A stretch of 64,000 nucleotides of DNA, taken from positions 248,001 through 312,000 of the forward strand of contig JASTWF010000335.1 of NCBI GenBank assembly GCA_030390025.1, written 5' to 3'. Below, in pieces: positions 61,049-64,000 of this stretch. The notes beneath the pieces are model-generated. The model was not told the origin of the DNA. It searched no databases and saw only the letters and a list, made by a program, of their open reading frames with translations. Both the position numbers and the translations under genes were made by a program. Origin of the DNA: Squalus acanthias. Lineage: Eukaryota. Within the stretch, counting starts at the first letter, position 1, and each line of letters opens with the position of its first letter.

Positions 61049-64000
61049 TTTTACATCTTGACCTAACATTCATTAGTCAAGGAGACAGGATGTCTTTTTA
61101 CTATTTATTAAAACACTGTAATAGGACATTACATTAAGAACTGTAACAGACAGCCAAACTTCTCTCCATGAGGTAGTGGGTCCAACTCCCTGAACTTGCC
61201 TGAACTTGCCCCTCAGGCTCCAGCCCCTCCCTCTCTGTATGGCCGGGGGACTGGGTCAAAAGCAATCTCAAAACACAACACTCCTTTCCCCCAGATAAAA
61301 CCCCTTAGTCCTCCAGACGACTGGGACGGAATTTAACTCGACTTGAGCGCCGCGGGACAGGCATATTCGGGGTGTCACTGTTAGCCGCAGGAAAACCTTC
61401 CTCCATGGTTGATGACTCTATGACACCCTCTGTGGACGTGGCTTCCGTCGTTGTTGCAGGAAGCAGGCCGTCACTGCTTGGCAGAGGTGGCGGAGACAAT
61501 GGTCTAGCCTTTGATGTCTCAGTTACTCTCGCTGGAGTACGACCCCGTAGCTGGTCTACGTGGCGTCTGTGTAGCTGGCCATCAGGTGTACGGACGCTGT
61601 ACGACAGGGGACCCGTGGCCTGCTCCACCACGGCAGGCATCCATTTGTCTCCTCCTGTATAGCAACGGGCAAACACAGTCTCTGACGGCTCGAACTGCCT
61701 GGCGGTGCCCTGGTGCTTCTTAGCCAGCACCTCTTGTTTTGTGTGCATCTCGTCCTTGTAGTCCGGGTGTAGCCGGTCCAGTGCAGTCGCCAGCCGGCGA
61801 CCCATCAGCATCTCAGCAGGACTCTTCCCCGTTGCTGAGTTTGGTGTGGTATGCTGTGATAACAGGAACCTGGCCAATCTGGTTTGCCAGTCCCCCACCG
61901 ATATCCTCACCAGTGCCTCTTTTGTGGTTTGCACCATCCTCTCTGCCTGCCCATTAGAGGAGGGGTGATAGGGCGCTGTGGTCACGTGGCGGATCCCGTT
62001 TCTGCTTGCAAAAGCCTTGAACTCCGCTGACGTGAAGGCTGCTCCATTGTCTGAAACCAGCACGTCGGGGACCCCATGTGTGGCAAACAGCAAATGCAAC
62101 GTGTTGATCACTGCCCTGGATGTCATGGAGTTCATAATAGCCACCTCCAGCCATTTCGAATGCGAATCAACCACTATTAAAAAGACCTTCCCCTGAAAAG
62201 GCCCTGCAAAGTCAACGTGGAGTCTTGACCATTTACGAGTGGTCCACTCCCAGGGGTGAAGGGGAGCCTTGGGTGGGCTATGGCAGGTCAGCTGACATGT
62301 CTCACAGCTCTTTACCACCTCCTCCACGTCTTGGTCCAACCCCGGCCACCAGACGTAGCTTCTCGCCAACGCCTTCATGTGCACAATCCCAGGGTGTGAG
62401 TCATGCAGCATTTTCAGCACCTCCTCTCTTGCGGCGGCAGGAACCACCACATGGCTTCCCCAGAGCACACAGTTCCTGTGTGCAGACATTTCATGGCACC
62501 TCTGAACGAAGGGCTTGAAACGCTCCTCCTGGACCTCGGAGGGCCAGCCGTGCAGCAGCCAGCGTAGCACCCGTGATAAGACTGGATCCTTCTGTGTGAG
62601 GCTGCCAATCCGCTGGGCATGGAGTGGGGCCTCCGGGACCTGCTCCAGTAGCAGCACCTCCAGGGGTGGTGGCGTCTCAGCCATCGGCCGGTTCAAAGGC
62701 AAGCGACTCAGAGCATCAGCATTAGCCAGCATCTTCCCAGGCCTGTAGCAAAGTTCATAACTGTAGGCCCCCAACATCAGACTCCACCGAAGCATACGCG
62801 GTGATATGATCAGGGGCATGGGCTTGGAGTGATGCAGGAGCCCCAAGAGTGGCTTGTGGTCCGTGTAGATGACGAACTGTCTCCCTAACAGGTACTGGCT
62901 GAACTTCTTTACCCCAAATATGATGGCTAAGGCCTCCTTGTCAATCTGGGCGTAGTTACGTTCTGTTGTTGAGAGTGTTCTTGAGGCAAAACTGATAGGC
63001 GCCTCCCGGCCATCTGGCTCTATGTGACCCAATAGAGCTCCCAGCCCGTATGGTGAGGCATCACACACCAACACCAATGGTTTGTTTTCATCATAGTGTG
63101 CCAGAACCTTATCTGCTTGTAGCAGTTCCTTTGCCTGTCTGTAGGCTGTTTCATGATCTGAGGTCCAGTTCCACACTGTTGCTTGGTCTAACAGCCTGTG
63201 CAGTGGCTCTAAGATTGTGGCTTTGCCCTTGAGAAAACAACTGTAGAAGTTTAACAGTCCGAGGAATGCCTTCAGTTCGGTCTTGTTCTTGGGGTTGGGA
63301 GCGCTCCTGATAGCCTCCACCTTATCCGTAGTCGGATGCACACCGTCTTTGTCCACTCGGAATCCCAAGAACTCCACCCCATTGGCAGCGAACACACATT
63401 TCTCCTTCTGAAGGCGTAGTCCTACCTCAGCCAGCCGGCGTAGTACTTCCTGCAGCCGCTCATCATGGGCTTCCTGTGTCTTGCCTGTAATTAGTATGTC
63501 ATCCAGGTAAGGCTGAATCCCGGAACACCAGCCAACAGGGTGTCCATGAACCTCTGAAAGATTGCCACAGCCGTCGACACCCCAAACTGCAGCCTTGCGG
63601 CTCGGAAAAGTCCTCTGTGGGTGTTGATTGTCAATAGCTCGGCTGACTTTTCATCCAGGACCAGTTGCTGGTATGCTTGCTTGAGATCCAGCTTGGTGAA
63701 CAGGGTGCCTCCAGCCAGTGTTGAGAACAGCTCTGTAACTGTTGGTAAGGGATACACATCTGGTAGCACAGCAGTATTAACCGTACATCTGTAATCTCCA
63801 CAGATTCGCAGGCCCCCATCCTTCTTTGCAATGGGCACGATAGGGGTGGCCCAACGGGAGTTCTTCACTGGTATAAGAACCCCTTGGTTCACCAGCTTAT
63901 CCAGGGTCTCATCCACCTTCTTGCGCAACGCAAAAGGAACTGGTCGCGCCTTGAAGAACTTAGGCGCTACCCCTGGGTCCACTTCGATTGAGACTGGCGG
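61045..64000 (-). mobile_element. Ty3/Gypsy LTR retrotransposon: pol (RT, RNase H, integrase), PPT and 3' LTR; runs off the window
   Basis: RICGDY, LDLKQAYQQ, YLDD (frameshifted at about 63515), CDASPYGLG, H..HPG..MK..C..C, RLHVDFAGP, SDNG and SNGQAER. PPT GGGGGAAAGGAG at 61292-61281, LTR starting TG at 61280, AATAAA at 61109-61104. Confidence 0.95.

Overview
This is repeat-dense vertebrate DNA, most likely from a cartilaginous fish. That is inferred from HE1/V-SINE-like and Deu-domain (SacSINE1/AmnSINE1-like) SINEs, many CR1 LINEs and Penelope pseudo-LTRs. Nearly all long ORFs in the track are LINE/LTR/Penelope remnants or minisatellite read-through. Hidden among the repeats is a minus-strand gene that the ORF track does not assemble. 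Five small phase-0 exons (38223-38149, 36448-36335, 31555-31499, 28205-28092, 24985-24893) plus a terminal exon that opens with TAA (22563) encode a 151-aa four-transmembrane MS4A/CD20-family protein, and a CpG-island promoter with a candidate non-coding exon 1 lies at about 47.0-47.6 kb. A second minus-strand gene appears to start at a CpG island at about 12.7-13.4 kb, with exon 1 and a uORF-bearing 5'UTR exon at 6848-6764; its CDS is not seen in the window. Both promoters share one layout: a VNTR that multiplies transcription-factor sites, a short exon 1, then a 5.7-7 kb satellite that is G-rich on the sense strand. The MS4A introns hold three insertions of one Penelope-like family carrying five minimal hammerhead ribozyme motifs, including a fold-back element with 186-bp arms. 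Five of the minisatellite types can be traced to internal pieces of SINEs or LINEs. Two Harbinger-type MITEs and a Gypsy LTR element (right end) complete the window. Family names come from recalled consensus features, not database searches.
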